Below, piece after piece: positions 24,420-33,008 of a stretch of 56,259 nucleotides of DNA; the stretch's first letter is position 1; each line of letters opens with the position of its first letter. Source of the DNA: a virus. The DNA is taken from IMG/VR virus record IMGVR_UViG_3300043184_000094, positions 1 through 56,259 of that record, one strand, 5' to 3'. Under the pieces are notes generated by a model. The model did no database searches. It was not told the origin of the DNA and was given only the letters and a program-made list of their open reading frames with translations. The translations under genes were made by a program, and so were the position numbers.

Positions 24420-25112
24420 GCGGCCTCCAGCTTGGCAAGTAGCCGATCCCGCCACGCGACCGCCCAGTCCATGCAGTTGGCGCAGGACTTGTGGCGGTGG
24501 CCGGGTAGCGGCGGGCGGCGGCGGGCGTTGAAGCTCCAGGCCATGCTGTCGGAACTGGCGAGGCGGCGGCCGTACCTTGCCAGCCCGGTCGTCTTCATGC
24601 CGAACCCGTGGATTCGGATGCCGCGGTCAGCCAACGCGGCGACAATCCCCGCAGCCTCGGCCGTCCCCTGCCGCCGACACGCCGACCCGAGGCCGACGAC
24701 CGGCAGACTGGTCAGGTCGAGCCTCGCGTAGCGCAGGTACAGGTCGGCGTGCAGCAGGTAGTCGCCGAGTTCCCAGCCCTGAAGCACCGGCACCCACGGC
24801 ACGTCGGGGGCGATCCCGTTCAGCTCGCACCAAGAGTTGATGGTGAACATCTGGTGCTCCAGGAGCGAGTGCCCGGTCTTGGCGAGTACGAACGGCCCGC
24901 ACATCCAGTCCTGGATCGCGGCCCACTCCATGCCGCCGATTTCGCCCCGCCACCGCCGGGCCTCGGCAGCGTACTGCTTCGGCGTCGTCTCCCACCGCCC
25001 GGACCGGTTCAGCTCCGCGAAGCCGCCGGAGCAACCGCCGGGCGCTGACGAATAGCGGGACCGTCGTCCTCGGGAGCCACGCCGGCTCGTGGGTGCCGAG
25101 CCAGAACGTCAT
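24416..25112 (-). pseudogene. dpdA: DpdA-like (TGT-fold) DNA/queuine transglycosylase with an interrupted reading frame
   Basis: The N-terminus MTFWLGTHEPAWLPRTTVPLFVSARR is in one frame (ATG 25112). SGGFAELNRSGRWETTPKQY...VLQGW...VVGLGSACRR...HGFGMKTTGL...SSDSMAWS...HKSCANC is in the +1 frame (track ORF 24416..24931 plus its upstream extension). The switch is at about 25023-25045. Confidence 0.6.
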
Positions 25113-25630
25113 TGCGGCGACCCGCCCTTCGCCCTCGCCGCCCTCGCTTCCGCGCGGCACAGGTCGTCGCATCGGACGTTGAACTTGCTCACCGACATCC
25201 CGTCCGCCCGGATGCCGGCCGCGAGCTCCTTCCGGTTCGGGTGGCCGCCGAGCAGGTAGTAACGGACCGGGCCGAGCGTTGCCTGGAGCCGCCGCACCCG
25301 CTCGACTAGGGCGGGCGGCACCCCGGCCATCTTCGAGCGGGCCGACCTGAACCGGCAGAGCGTCACGTTCGAGTCGGAGTAGGCGGCCCCGTCCCATCCC
25401 GGCGGCACGGCCTCCAGGGCGAGCGTCAGGGCCAGCAGTTCGGTGGCGTTGTTCGACACCGCGGCCAAGCCGAGGTCGGCCGGTGCGACAAAGCCGCTCG
25501 CCTCGGCCACCGCCGACTCCTCCCGGCCGTAGCCACGCCCGTCGGTGTGGACCCACGCCCACGTCCCGCCGAGGGCCGACGGGTTGCGGCCGACCACGCC
25601 GCCGTCCGAGTACACGGCCGCCGGGCTCAT
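25109..25630 (-). CDS. RNase H-like (RNase HI fold) protein
   Basis: VYSDGG ... SNNATELLAL ... AYSDSN matches the D-E-D spacing of RNase HI. Confidence 0.7.
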   Translation of the reverse strand: MSPAAVYSDGGVVGRNPSALGGTWAWVHTDGRGYGREESAVAEASGFVAPADLGLAAVSNNATELLALTLALEAVPPGWDGAAYSDSNVTLCRFRSARSKMAGVPPALVERVRRLQATLGPVRYYLLGGHPNRKELAAGIRADGMSVSKFNVRCDDLCRAEARAARAKGGSPQ

Positions 25631-26227
25631 GCCAGCACCCCCTCGGCAAACACGACCTTGGTCCGCAGCCGCGACCAGATGTCATCGAGGAGCGTCCCGA
25701 CCGCCGTCTCGGCTTGGCCGTACCGCGCGTTCCAGGGTCGCGCGATCTTGATGAACTCGCCCCCCATCGCACCCCACCGGCGGCAGTTAACGTCGCCGTC
25801 GTCGAGCAAAAACTTGTCCTTGCCGGCCAGCTCCCAGTTGGCGGGCGACAGGTGCAGCCTGCGGGCATATTTCGGCAGGCTGTACCTCACCCACGAAGCC
25901 TTGCCGGCGACGCACCAGTGGTCGTCGCACGGCGACGTGATGAGGTGGACGTTCTCCTCGCCGAACGCCGCCTCGACCGCCGCCAGGATTCGCCTGCCGT
26001 CCGGCGTCCACGGCAGGGACGACCAGAAGACATAGCCCTGCTTGTTGATCGGCTTCCAGAACGCCGCCTCGTCGATGCCGAGCAACTCCCAGGCGTTCCG
26101 CACGCCCTTCGCCTCCGGCGGGGCGTACACCTCGTCCACGTCCCGCCCGTGCAGCCGCAGGGCCGCCCCGAGGAAGTCGCACAGCACGCCGTCCAGGCCC
26201 AGAAACGCCGTCTTCACGCCGCCCTCC
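25627..26227 (-). CDS. HAD-superfamily phosphatase, 5'(3')-deoxyribonucleotidase-like
   Basis: VKTAFLGLDGVLCDF (DxDxV-type motif I). GTG with GGAGGG 4 nt upstream. Track ORF 25627..26517 trimmed. Confidence 0.6.
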
Positions 26228-26271
26228 GTGGGTAGTGGCCGCCACGGACGGCGGCCCAGGGTTACACGCCG

Positions 26272-27208
26272 CAAGCGCCGTAGCACTCGTTGACCGACAT
26301 CGAGTCGAGCTTGGGCGGCTCCGCCCGCGACAGGCCCACCAGTGGCAGGGGGACGAGCGAGCGGTGCAGGTACATCTCGTCCCGCATCCCGCGATTGACC
26401 GCGTTGCCGGGCACCCGTAGGGCGGCATCGATTTCGACGGCCCGCTCCCAGTCCGGCCCGCCAGCCGCCTTCAGCAGCGACCACTCCCAGTCGTCCTTGA
26501 GCGGGCAGTAGACGCACGCCGTGCCGCGGTCGGCGTGCGTCTACTGCCCGCCAGGAAGGCGTGGCAGTCGCGGCGACTCCACCCCAATTCCGGCAGCGGG
26601 AACCCGGGCCTGAACCGGCCGCCTGACGACCTCCTGCGGACCGACGCCTTGCCCCGTGGCCTCGGCACCGTCACCGTGTACGGTCCGAGCCGCACGTCCG
26701 CACCCGGGGTCGCCCCGAAGCGGAGCAGGATGTTGCCCGCCCGCCGCAGTTCGTCGGCAGAGATGCCGAAGTGCTGCGTCACGGTGACGCCCTTCGGCAC
26801 CCGCTGCCCCGGCTTGAGGCCGAGCAACTGCCGGCGGATGGCCCGCTCCACCACCTCGATCTTGTACTCGGCGGCGCATTGCCGCCTCACCCGGCCGCCC
26901 TTGCGCCCGCCGGCCGTCCGCTTGACGAACGCCGGGATGCCGGCGAACCGCCGGGACGGGCCGACTCCGGCCACCAAGTCGTGCCCGAGCCGGCCGCGGG
27001 TGGCGACGACCGCGGGCGGGCCGCCGCACCCCTTGAGCCATTCCAGGTGGCGATACACTGCCGCTGGCTCGTCCTGCGTGTCGCCCATCACCGAGCAGTC
27101 GATGGCGAACGGGAGCCGGCCGGCCCTCGCAAGCAGGTGGACGGCGGTCGATTGCACGCCGGCCCCAAGGTTCAGTACGTTCAGGTGCGGCACGGCCTTC
27201 CCCCTCAT
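26272..27208 (-). pseudogene. PAPS-reductase-like PP-loop ATPase (phage type) with a -1 frame break before the C-terminal CxxC motif
   Basis: HLNVLNLGAGVQSTAVHLLA ... RRQCAAEYKIEVV ... SRRDCHAFLAG is in the track frame (26471..27742). The conserved tail TACVYCPLKDDWEWSLLKAAGGPDWERAVEIDAALR...YLHRSLVPL continues in the -1 frame to a TAA at 26272. Confidence 0.7.
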
Positions 27209-27447
27209 CCGTCGAGCGGGGCGGTTGGCACGTTCTGCGGCGGGATCAGGGCCGGCTCGCCGGCCAGGAGCCGCCGCATCCCGTCCGCCCTGGCCTCCGC
27301 GTGGGTCGCCTGCGACCGCCAAAACTCGGCCCGCGCCTCGGCCACGCCGACCGCCGCCTTCGCGTCCATCTGGGCCAGCCCGTAGCCGGCGGCGAACCCG
27401 CCGAGGGCCGCCGCCAGCACGCCCAACACCGCCCTTGTCGCCTTCAT
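27205..27447 (-). CDS. Small membrane-anchored protein, 80 aa
   Basis: MKATRAVLGVLAAALGGFAAGYGLA. AAGGAG lies 7 nt upstream. First gene after a terminator. Confidence 0.6.
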   Translation of the reverse strand: MKATRAVLGVLAAALGGFAAGYGLAQMDAKAAVGVAEARAEFWRSQATHAEARADGMRRLLAGEPALIPPQNVPTAPLDG

Positions 27448-27533
27448 TGGCACGCTCCTTGTCACCGCGGTTCCGGTGCGGTGCGAGGAGAATAGCGACT
27501 CGGCGGCATGTCGCAATAGCAAATTCGGGGCAA

Positions 27534-27562
27534 GAAAAAACCGCCGGGGTTCGCCCCGGCGG
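27534..27562 (-). terminator. Rho-independent terminator (minus strand)
   Basis: On the minus strand: CCGCCGGGG-cgaa-CCCCGGCGG followed by TTTTTT. Confidence 0.7.
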
Positions 27563-27591
27563 TCGCGCCGCCCCAACCCCGGCGCGCGGCG

Positions 27592-27813
27592 TCACCCGTC
27601 CGGCCAGCCCTTGCCGCCGCGGGCGACCACGCGGACCGTCACCGTCACCGGCACCCACTCGCCGCCGACGAGCGCGTAGCCCCTCTCGGACCCGGCCCAG
27701 CCGAACCCGGACCGGCCCTCGAACGGCAGCGCGTCCAGGCAAAGGGGCGCGCCGCCGTGGGCGATCGAGACTTGGGTCGGGGCGGCCTCGTCCCGGAACT
27801 TCTTCTTGGTCAT
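27592..27813 (-). CDS. Hypothetical protein, 73 aa
   Basis: Track ORF. TGATG junction with the upstream gene. Confidence 0.5.
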   Translation of the reverse strand: MTKKKFRDEAAPTQVSIAHGGAPLCLDALPFEGRSGFGWAGSERGYALVGGEWVPVTVTVRVVARGGKGWPDG

Positions 27814-28064
27814 CAGCCCTCGCAGGCGGTGTCGGTCGGCACCCGGCCGACGACGATGAAGTACCCGACGACCGGGAACATCCTGGCGTCGGCGGCCTCC
27901 AGCCCCGTCTCCGGGTAGGCGGACGGGCAGACCTCCAGCCGGCCCCGGTGGATGCGGGCGACGGTCACGCCGCCGACGATCGGCGACACGTCATCGCCGT
28001 CCTCGGCGAGCCAGCAGGGGTAGGGGTTGGCCTCGAACTTGTGGTGACAGCAAGGACTTGTCAT
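27813..28064 (-). CDS. Hypothetical Cys-rich protein, 83 aa
   Basis: Track ORF, protein-like. Confidence 0.6.
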   Translation of the reverse strand: MTSPCCHHKFEANPYPCWLAEDGDDVSPIVGGVTVARIHRGRLEVCPSAYPETGLEAADARMFPVVGYFIVVGRVPTDTACEG

Positions 28065-28107
28065 GGCCGGGTCCGTCGGCAGGGGCGGGCGACAGAGTTC
28101 CGACGTT

Positions 28108-28151
28108 CCGGGCGGCCCGCCGCGCGAGAAATCGCGGGGCGGGCCGCCCGG
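28108..28151. other. Long GC hairpin (14 bp plus 4 bp) in the gap upstream of 27813..28064
   Basis: CCGGGCGGCCCGCC ... GGCGGGCCGCCCGG with an inner CGCG stem. No U-tract. Confidence 0.3.
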
Positions 28152-28174
28152 CGGGGGCGGGTCAGTCGGTCAGG

Positions 28175-28342
28175 TCAACCGCCCACCGGCACGAATTCCA
28201 TGGCGTCCGGGTGGGACTCGTGCGTGATGACGCCGGAGCCATCGCAGAGCCGGTAGTGCTGCCCGAGCCGGCCCGGCGGACCGGAATCCCGGCGGCACGC
28301 AAGGGCCCAGGTGGTTGCGTCCGACAGGTCGGCCACAGACAC
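28175..28342 (-). CDS. Small ORF downstream of the poly-G tract; frame stays open upstream to 28486, start unresolved
   Basis: The frame giving ...ETKVRRVRNGEAIESVSVADLSDATTWALACRRDSGPPGRLGQHYRLCDGSGVITHESHPDAMEFVPVGG has high GC3. The first canonical start in that frame is the GTG at 28342. This is not the frame of track ORF 28162..28476. Confidence 0.4.
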   Translation of the reverse strand: MSVADLSDATTWALACRRDSGPPGRLGQHYRLCDGSGVITHESHPDAMEFVPVGG

Positions 28343-28388
28343 GGATTCGATCGCTTCGCCGTTGCGGACTCGCCGGACTTTCGTCTCA

Positions 28389-28405
28389 CCCCCCCCCCCC
28401 CCCCC
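28389..28405. repeat. C17 (G17 on the coding strand) homopolymer
   Basis: Counted directly: cc + cccccccccc + ccccc. Confidence 0.95.
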
Positions 28406-28506
28406 GGTTTGGGCCCGGGTCGCCGGCCGGGTGTCCCCGGCGAGTCGGATTGTCCCCGCGCCCGCGCCGGACGCAAGGGGTGTAGGTCAAATCGAGCCGG
28501 ACCGCC

Positions 28507-28698
28507 CTAAAAGGTCAGGGTGACGCCGGCACCGTCGGCGGCCGTGCTGTACGGCACGCCGGCGAAGAGCACGTCCCACCGCCGCGGGTACTGGACGAGT
28601 TCCGCCCGAGTCCCGAACCGCAGGGGTCGCGGGTGGAACAGCGGCGGTTCCTCCAGCAGCCAATAAAGTATCGGTGCTGCGTCAGTCGGCTCCCTCAC
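28507..28698 (-). CDS. Hypothetical protein, 63 aa
   Basis: Track ORF. GTG start in a GTGA overlap. Confidence 0.5.
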   Translation of the reverse strand: MREPTDAAPILYWLLEEPPLFHPRPLRFGTRAELVQYPRRWDVLFAGVPYSTAADGAGVTLTF

Positions 28699-28982
28699 AG
28701 CTCGCCTAGCCTTTCCCGTTCGGCCGCGTACCGGGCTAGCGCCCGGTCGCCGGCGTTGGCGTGCCCGTCCAGGTCGGCGCGGAGCACGTTGCGCCGAGCC
28801 GACACCCGCTTAGTCCCGTGCTCCGGGTGGCTGACCGCGGCGTCGGACCCCCGGCCGCCGCAGAAGGTCCACACGGGGCCGCCCGGCACCAGCCGGCAGT
28901 AGTCGCCGACGGCCAGCTCGCTCAGCCAGAGCCAGCCCCCGGCGGGCCGCGGCGTCTCGGACTTCCCCCGCGACGCACTCAC
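28695..28982 (-). CDS. Hypothetical protein, 95 aa
   Basis: Protein-like tail of track ORF 28695..29276. GTG start in a GTGA overlap. Confidence 0.55.
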   Translation of the reverse strand: MSASRGKSETPRPAGGWLWLSELAVGDYCRLVPGGPVWTFCGGRGSDAAVSHPEHGTKRVSARRNVLRADLDGHANAGDRALARYAAERERLGEL

Positions 28983-29251
28983 CGGAACCCCCTTGCGGCC
29001 AGCCGGCCCACCCGCTCGGTTGCCGCCGCGACGACGGCCGCCGGCGGGTCGGGGTCGGGGAGCGCCCGCCGCAGGTAGGCTCCCAGGTCGATGCCGCGGT
29101 GCCCGCCGCAAGCCATCGCGGTCGCCCGGTCGATGAAGATCGCCGACCGGCGGCCCGGCCCGCCGTCCGCCAGCGCGACGGCGGGGGAGCCGCCCCCGCC
29201 CCGCCACACGCGGAACCGCACTCGGGTTCCGCGGTATGCCGCCGGTGTCAT
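28979..29251 (-). CDS. Hypothetical protein, 90 aa
   Basis: Track ORF, protein-like. Confidence 0.55.
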   Translation of the reverse strand: MTPAAYRGTRVRFRVWRGGGGSPAVALADGGPGRRSAIFIDRATAMACGGHRGIDLGAYLRRALPDPDPPAAVVAAATERVGRLAARGFR

Positions 29252-29265
29252 CCGTCGCCCCCCCC

Positions 29266-30003
29266 TTATTGATCAATCAGCCTCGCGGCGACGCGCTGTA
29301 GCACTCCGTCCATGATGGTTCCCTGCCCAGTCGTCGTTCGGCCCCACCAACCCCCATAGTCGCTGTCGATGACAACCTCCCCGACCTCTTGTAGTTTCTC
29401 GACAAGCCACGGCGAGACGCGCCACCATTCATACACTTCCTCCGCCTCCGCGCAGTCCCTGACAGCCTCCTGCCAATCGCGGAGGCCGGTGATGGTGCCG
29501 TCGCCGATCATCTCCGCGTACCGGTCGCGGGCCGCCGCCTCGGCCATCCCGTCGGGGTCGTCGCCCGCCGCGCGCAGCGCCCCGGCGATCTCGTCCAGGT
29601 CGGCCGACCACGGGTCCGGCAGGCCGTCGGGCGGGTCGCCGCCGCGCGCGGCGATGTAGTCCCGGCACTCGCGCACGTCCCATGTGGACGGATCGGGGCA
29701 GAGGTTGCGCACGTCGTCGGACCAGCTCAGTTGCGGCCCCTCCTTGCCTTGGTCGCCGTGCCGGAGCAGGTCCGTCACGAGGGACGAGTCGCAACAGAGG
29801 ATGTCCCGGTCCTGGAGCCGTAGGGCCAGCTCCTCGACCGCGACGGCCCGGCGCTCGGCGTCGGTCGCGGGCCGGGGCTGCTCGGACGCCGCCGCGCCCG
29901 GGTCCGGGTGTACGGTCAGGTCGCGGCCCGGCTCCGGGGAGCCGGTCACGCGCAGCAGCCGGCCGCCGGGCCACGGCCGGATTTGTCGGGGGGAATCGTC
30001 CAC
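29266..30003 (-). CDS. Acidic hypothetical protein, 245 aa (conserved-looking C-terminus EVYEWWRVSPWL...WWGRTTTGQG)
   Basis: Track ORF. AGGAGA lies 6 nt upstream of the GTG. Confidence 0.75.
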   Translation of the reverse strand: MDDSPRQIRPWPGGRLLRVTGSPEPGRDLTVHPDPGAAASEQPRPATDAERRAVAVEELALRLQDRDILCCDSSLVTDLLRHGDQGKEGPQLSWSDDVRNLCPDPSTWDVRECRDYIAARGGDPPDGLPDPWSADLDEIAGALRAAGDDPDGMAEAAARDRYAEMIGDGTITGLRDWQEAVRDCAEAEEVYEWWRVSPWLVEKLQEVGEVVIDSDYGGWWGRTTTGQGTIMDGVLQRVAARLIDQ

Positions 30004-30022
30004 GGTGAATCTCCTGGTAAGG

Positions 30023-30708
<686 letters not shown>

Positions 30709-30811
30709 GGGTGAGCCCCCGTCGTGGCGTGCGGGCAGTGGCCGGCCGCGGAGTTGCACCGCGGCCCGGGGTCAATGCGGCCCCCGGGCGGACTTCCCCG
30801 CCGGCGGCCGG

Positions 30812-31492
30812 CTACAGGTGGTCCCAGCCGGCGGGTGTGGCCGGCGGGGTGTGGTCGGCGACGGCCAGCGCGAGCCGGACGCCGGGATGTCCGCGATGGT
30901 CGCGGAAGTCGGACCGGCCGTCGGGCCGGTCGCGGGGCGAGGCCGGGCCGTCGCCGGGGATGTCGCATTCCTCTAGCGCGTCCGCTAGCGCCGGAGCGAC
31001 CCCCGCATCTCCGTCGAGAAACTGCCGGGCCAGCGCCGCGGCATCTGCCGACGCCGGCCGGGCCGATCGAACCGGCCCGGCGTGCAGCCAGCCGTCGTCG
31101 CCGGGGTAGGTGTCGCACTCGCCGAAGGGGTGGGATGGCGCGGTCAGTTCGTCGCCGTGCTCCGGCCAGTCGCCGTCCCAGAAGCCCACGCCGTGACCGT
31201 TGCGGGTCATCCAAAAATCGTGCCCGGCGTCGGACTCCCGGCCGGCGATCTGGCCGGCGGCCAGCGCGCGGAACCGGTCGCAATCCTCGCGGGGCTGGGT
31301 GACGGTTTCGGGGTCCAGGTCGGCCGCAGTGCGATCGCGGTCCAGCGGTACCCCCGTGTCCGGGTCGGTACTCGACCAGGGCGCGGCGTCCGGGTGGGCG
31401 TTGAGGAATTCCGCAGCGGCCGCGGTAGCGGCTGACCCGGCCGGCGTGACTGTCCCGTCGGTGACTGCGTAGACGGTGTAGGTAGCCTTCAT
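30812..31492 (-). CDS. Hypothetical protein, 226 aa (HDFWMTRNGHGVGFWD motif; C-terminal ALADALEE motif); first gene of the minus-strand block
   Basis: Track ORF trimmed to MKATYTVYAV. ACGGAG lies 7 nt upstream. Confidence 0.7.
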   Translation of the reverse strand: MKATYTVYAVTDGTVTPAGSAATAAAAEFLNAHPDAAPWSSTDPDTGVPLDRDRTAADLDPETVTQPREDCDRFRALAAGQIAGRESDAGHDFWMTRNGHGVGFWDGDWPEHGDELTAPSHPFGECDTYPGDDGWLHAGPVRSARPASADAAALARQFLDGDAGVAPALADALEECDIPGDGPASPRDRPDGRSDFRDHRGHPGVRLALAVADHTPPATPAGWDHL

Positions 31493-33008
31493 TGCGTGAC
31501 TCCGTTGGTGTGCGACAGGGCGACTGTCGCGGTTGCAACGGGTATAGCGGCGGTCGTGCCAACCGGTCAACGCCGACCGCGATTCGCACGAGGCCCCGTG
31601 TTTTCCCGGCAATTGGAGAGATTGTGAGGTGTCGCCGGTGTGCCTTTGTGCGCTACCGCCGGGTTAACGCCCGTTGCCAGAGGTTAGCGCCGCGTTGCCG
31701 GGGGTTTGCACTCGGCGGCCGATGCCCCCCTCCCCCTTCTGGGGGGGGATGGTCGGCCAGGTGCCAGCCAGCTCCGCCCGCCAATCGTCACCGTTGCCGT
31801 GACGTATCTCCCGGCAATCCCGACCCGGGTCGTCGAGCATCCGCCCCGTGCCTACCTGGCCCTGACCCCTGCCAGCCAAGCAGGCGGCAGAGGGGATGCG
31901 GGGAGGGGAGACACTGCGTCATTCTGTCGTTGGCTATTGCTACTTAGCGCTGCCTAACTGGCTGGTTATGCGCGGCGAAGCAAGATTCCGGACAAGATTT
32001 CATAACCGGTGTTAGTGCAAGGTGTTGAGACGGTGGCGATTGTGCCGATTATCCGGCCAGATGTGGGATCAGCCGCCGCCGGCCGCCTGCAGAGGCCCGG
32101 GGGTAGGCCCCAGCCGCCCCCGCACCGTGTATTACCTTCCCCCCCGACAGTTTTTTCGCCGTATAACCCGGCCCTTTGGGGTCTCCGGCGGCCCCGATGG
32201 GTGTGGCGGTTGACCGCCGGGCGGTGGCCGCGAACCCGCCCACCCTTCGAGGCGGTTTTCGGATCGGGTCTTCGGTTCTGGGGTCGAGGGGTTAGCGCGC
32301 GACCGGGCCGCCGCTTTGGGCGGCCCGGCGACCGCCGCCTTGGGCGGTCGAGTGACCAAGGAAGGGGCGAAAGGCAGTGCTTTTACCGGGGGCAGGCGCA
32401 CCGACCCCGCGAAAACGCACCGCGGAGGGGCCGCGGAACGTCAAACAGGGTCGGTGCGAGTCGCACCGGGCGGTCACTGACGGTCCCGCCTTCCCCAGCG
32501 CCTGCGTGCGAGGGCTCTCACGCCTTTGCCCCCCGGCCGTTCGTCGTCACCACTCCGGGGCGCTCCGCAGGATACCCGGCCACTTCTTCGGTCCCGGGCG
32601 GGTTCGTCCCGGTATCCGCCACCAGCTCGCCCGCAGGCCGTGGGGTGGCGCACGTCTGCCAATCAGGGGCTGTCCGCAAGTCGGGCTCGCTTGGCGAGCC
32701 GCCGTCCGGCTGGTTTCCCGGATATCCTCCCCGGGCCGGTCTGCGACGGGATCGCCGTCAACAGCTGTTCTCGCACAAAGCCCCCGACCGCCATTAGCGA
32801 CTTCGTAAATAATCCCCTGGTCGGCCCGCCGCCAGGCCGGGCAGCCGCCAAAACCGGTAGAATTTACCGATCCTGACGATTCTGTCGCTCTGCTTAGTTG
32901 TTCCGGTGGCGCATTGTCGCCTTTGCGTCTCGTAACGCCGCCGCCGGCCGGCCAGAATAGCCTCGTCGCACACCGGCCCGACCCCCGCGAGCCGCAGGCC
33001 CGAGCCCC
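31493..33008. other. About 1.5-kb ORF-free, repeat- and hairpin-rich region between the divergent early and late blocks
   Basis: No frame shows protein-like composition or the GC3 bias typical of this genome. Contains direct repeats, homopolymer tracts and nested stems (see findings). Confidence 0.6.
31541..31570 (-). promoter_or_regulatory. Candidate early promoter TTGACC-N18-TATACC
   Basis: Plus-strand ggtcaa at 31565-31570 and ggtata at 31541-31546. About 45 nt of leader with the GCGACAG/CTGTCGC hairpin before the SD of 30812..31492. Confidence 0.35.

Noticed and set aside
28162-28476. Track ORF (104 aa, TTG start) running through the poly-G tract.
   Set aside because: Downstream of the tract, a different frame (stop at 28175) has the better composition and GC3. 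The track frame is probably only meaningful as the upstream partner in a tract-length-dependent fusion.
32009-32797. Plus-strand ORF of 262 aa in the large non-coding region.
   Set aside because: It has Arg/Pro/Gly-rich composition, many A/T-ending codons unlike genuine genes here, and no start context. I treated the region as non-coding.
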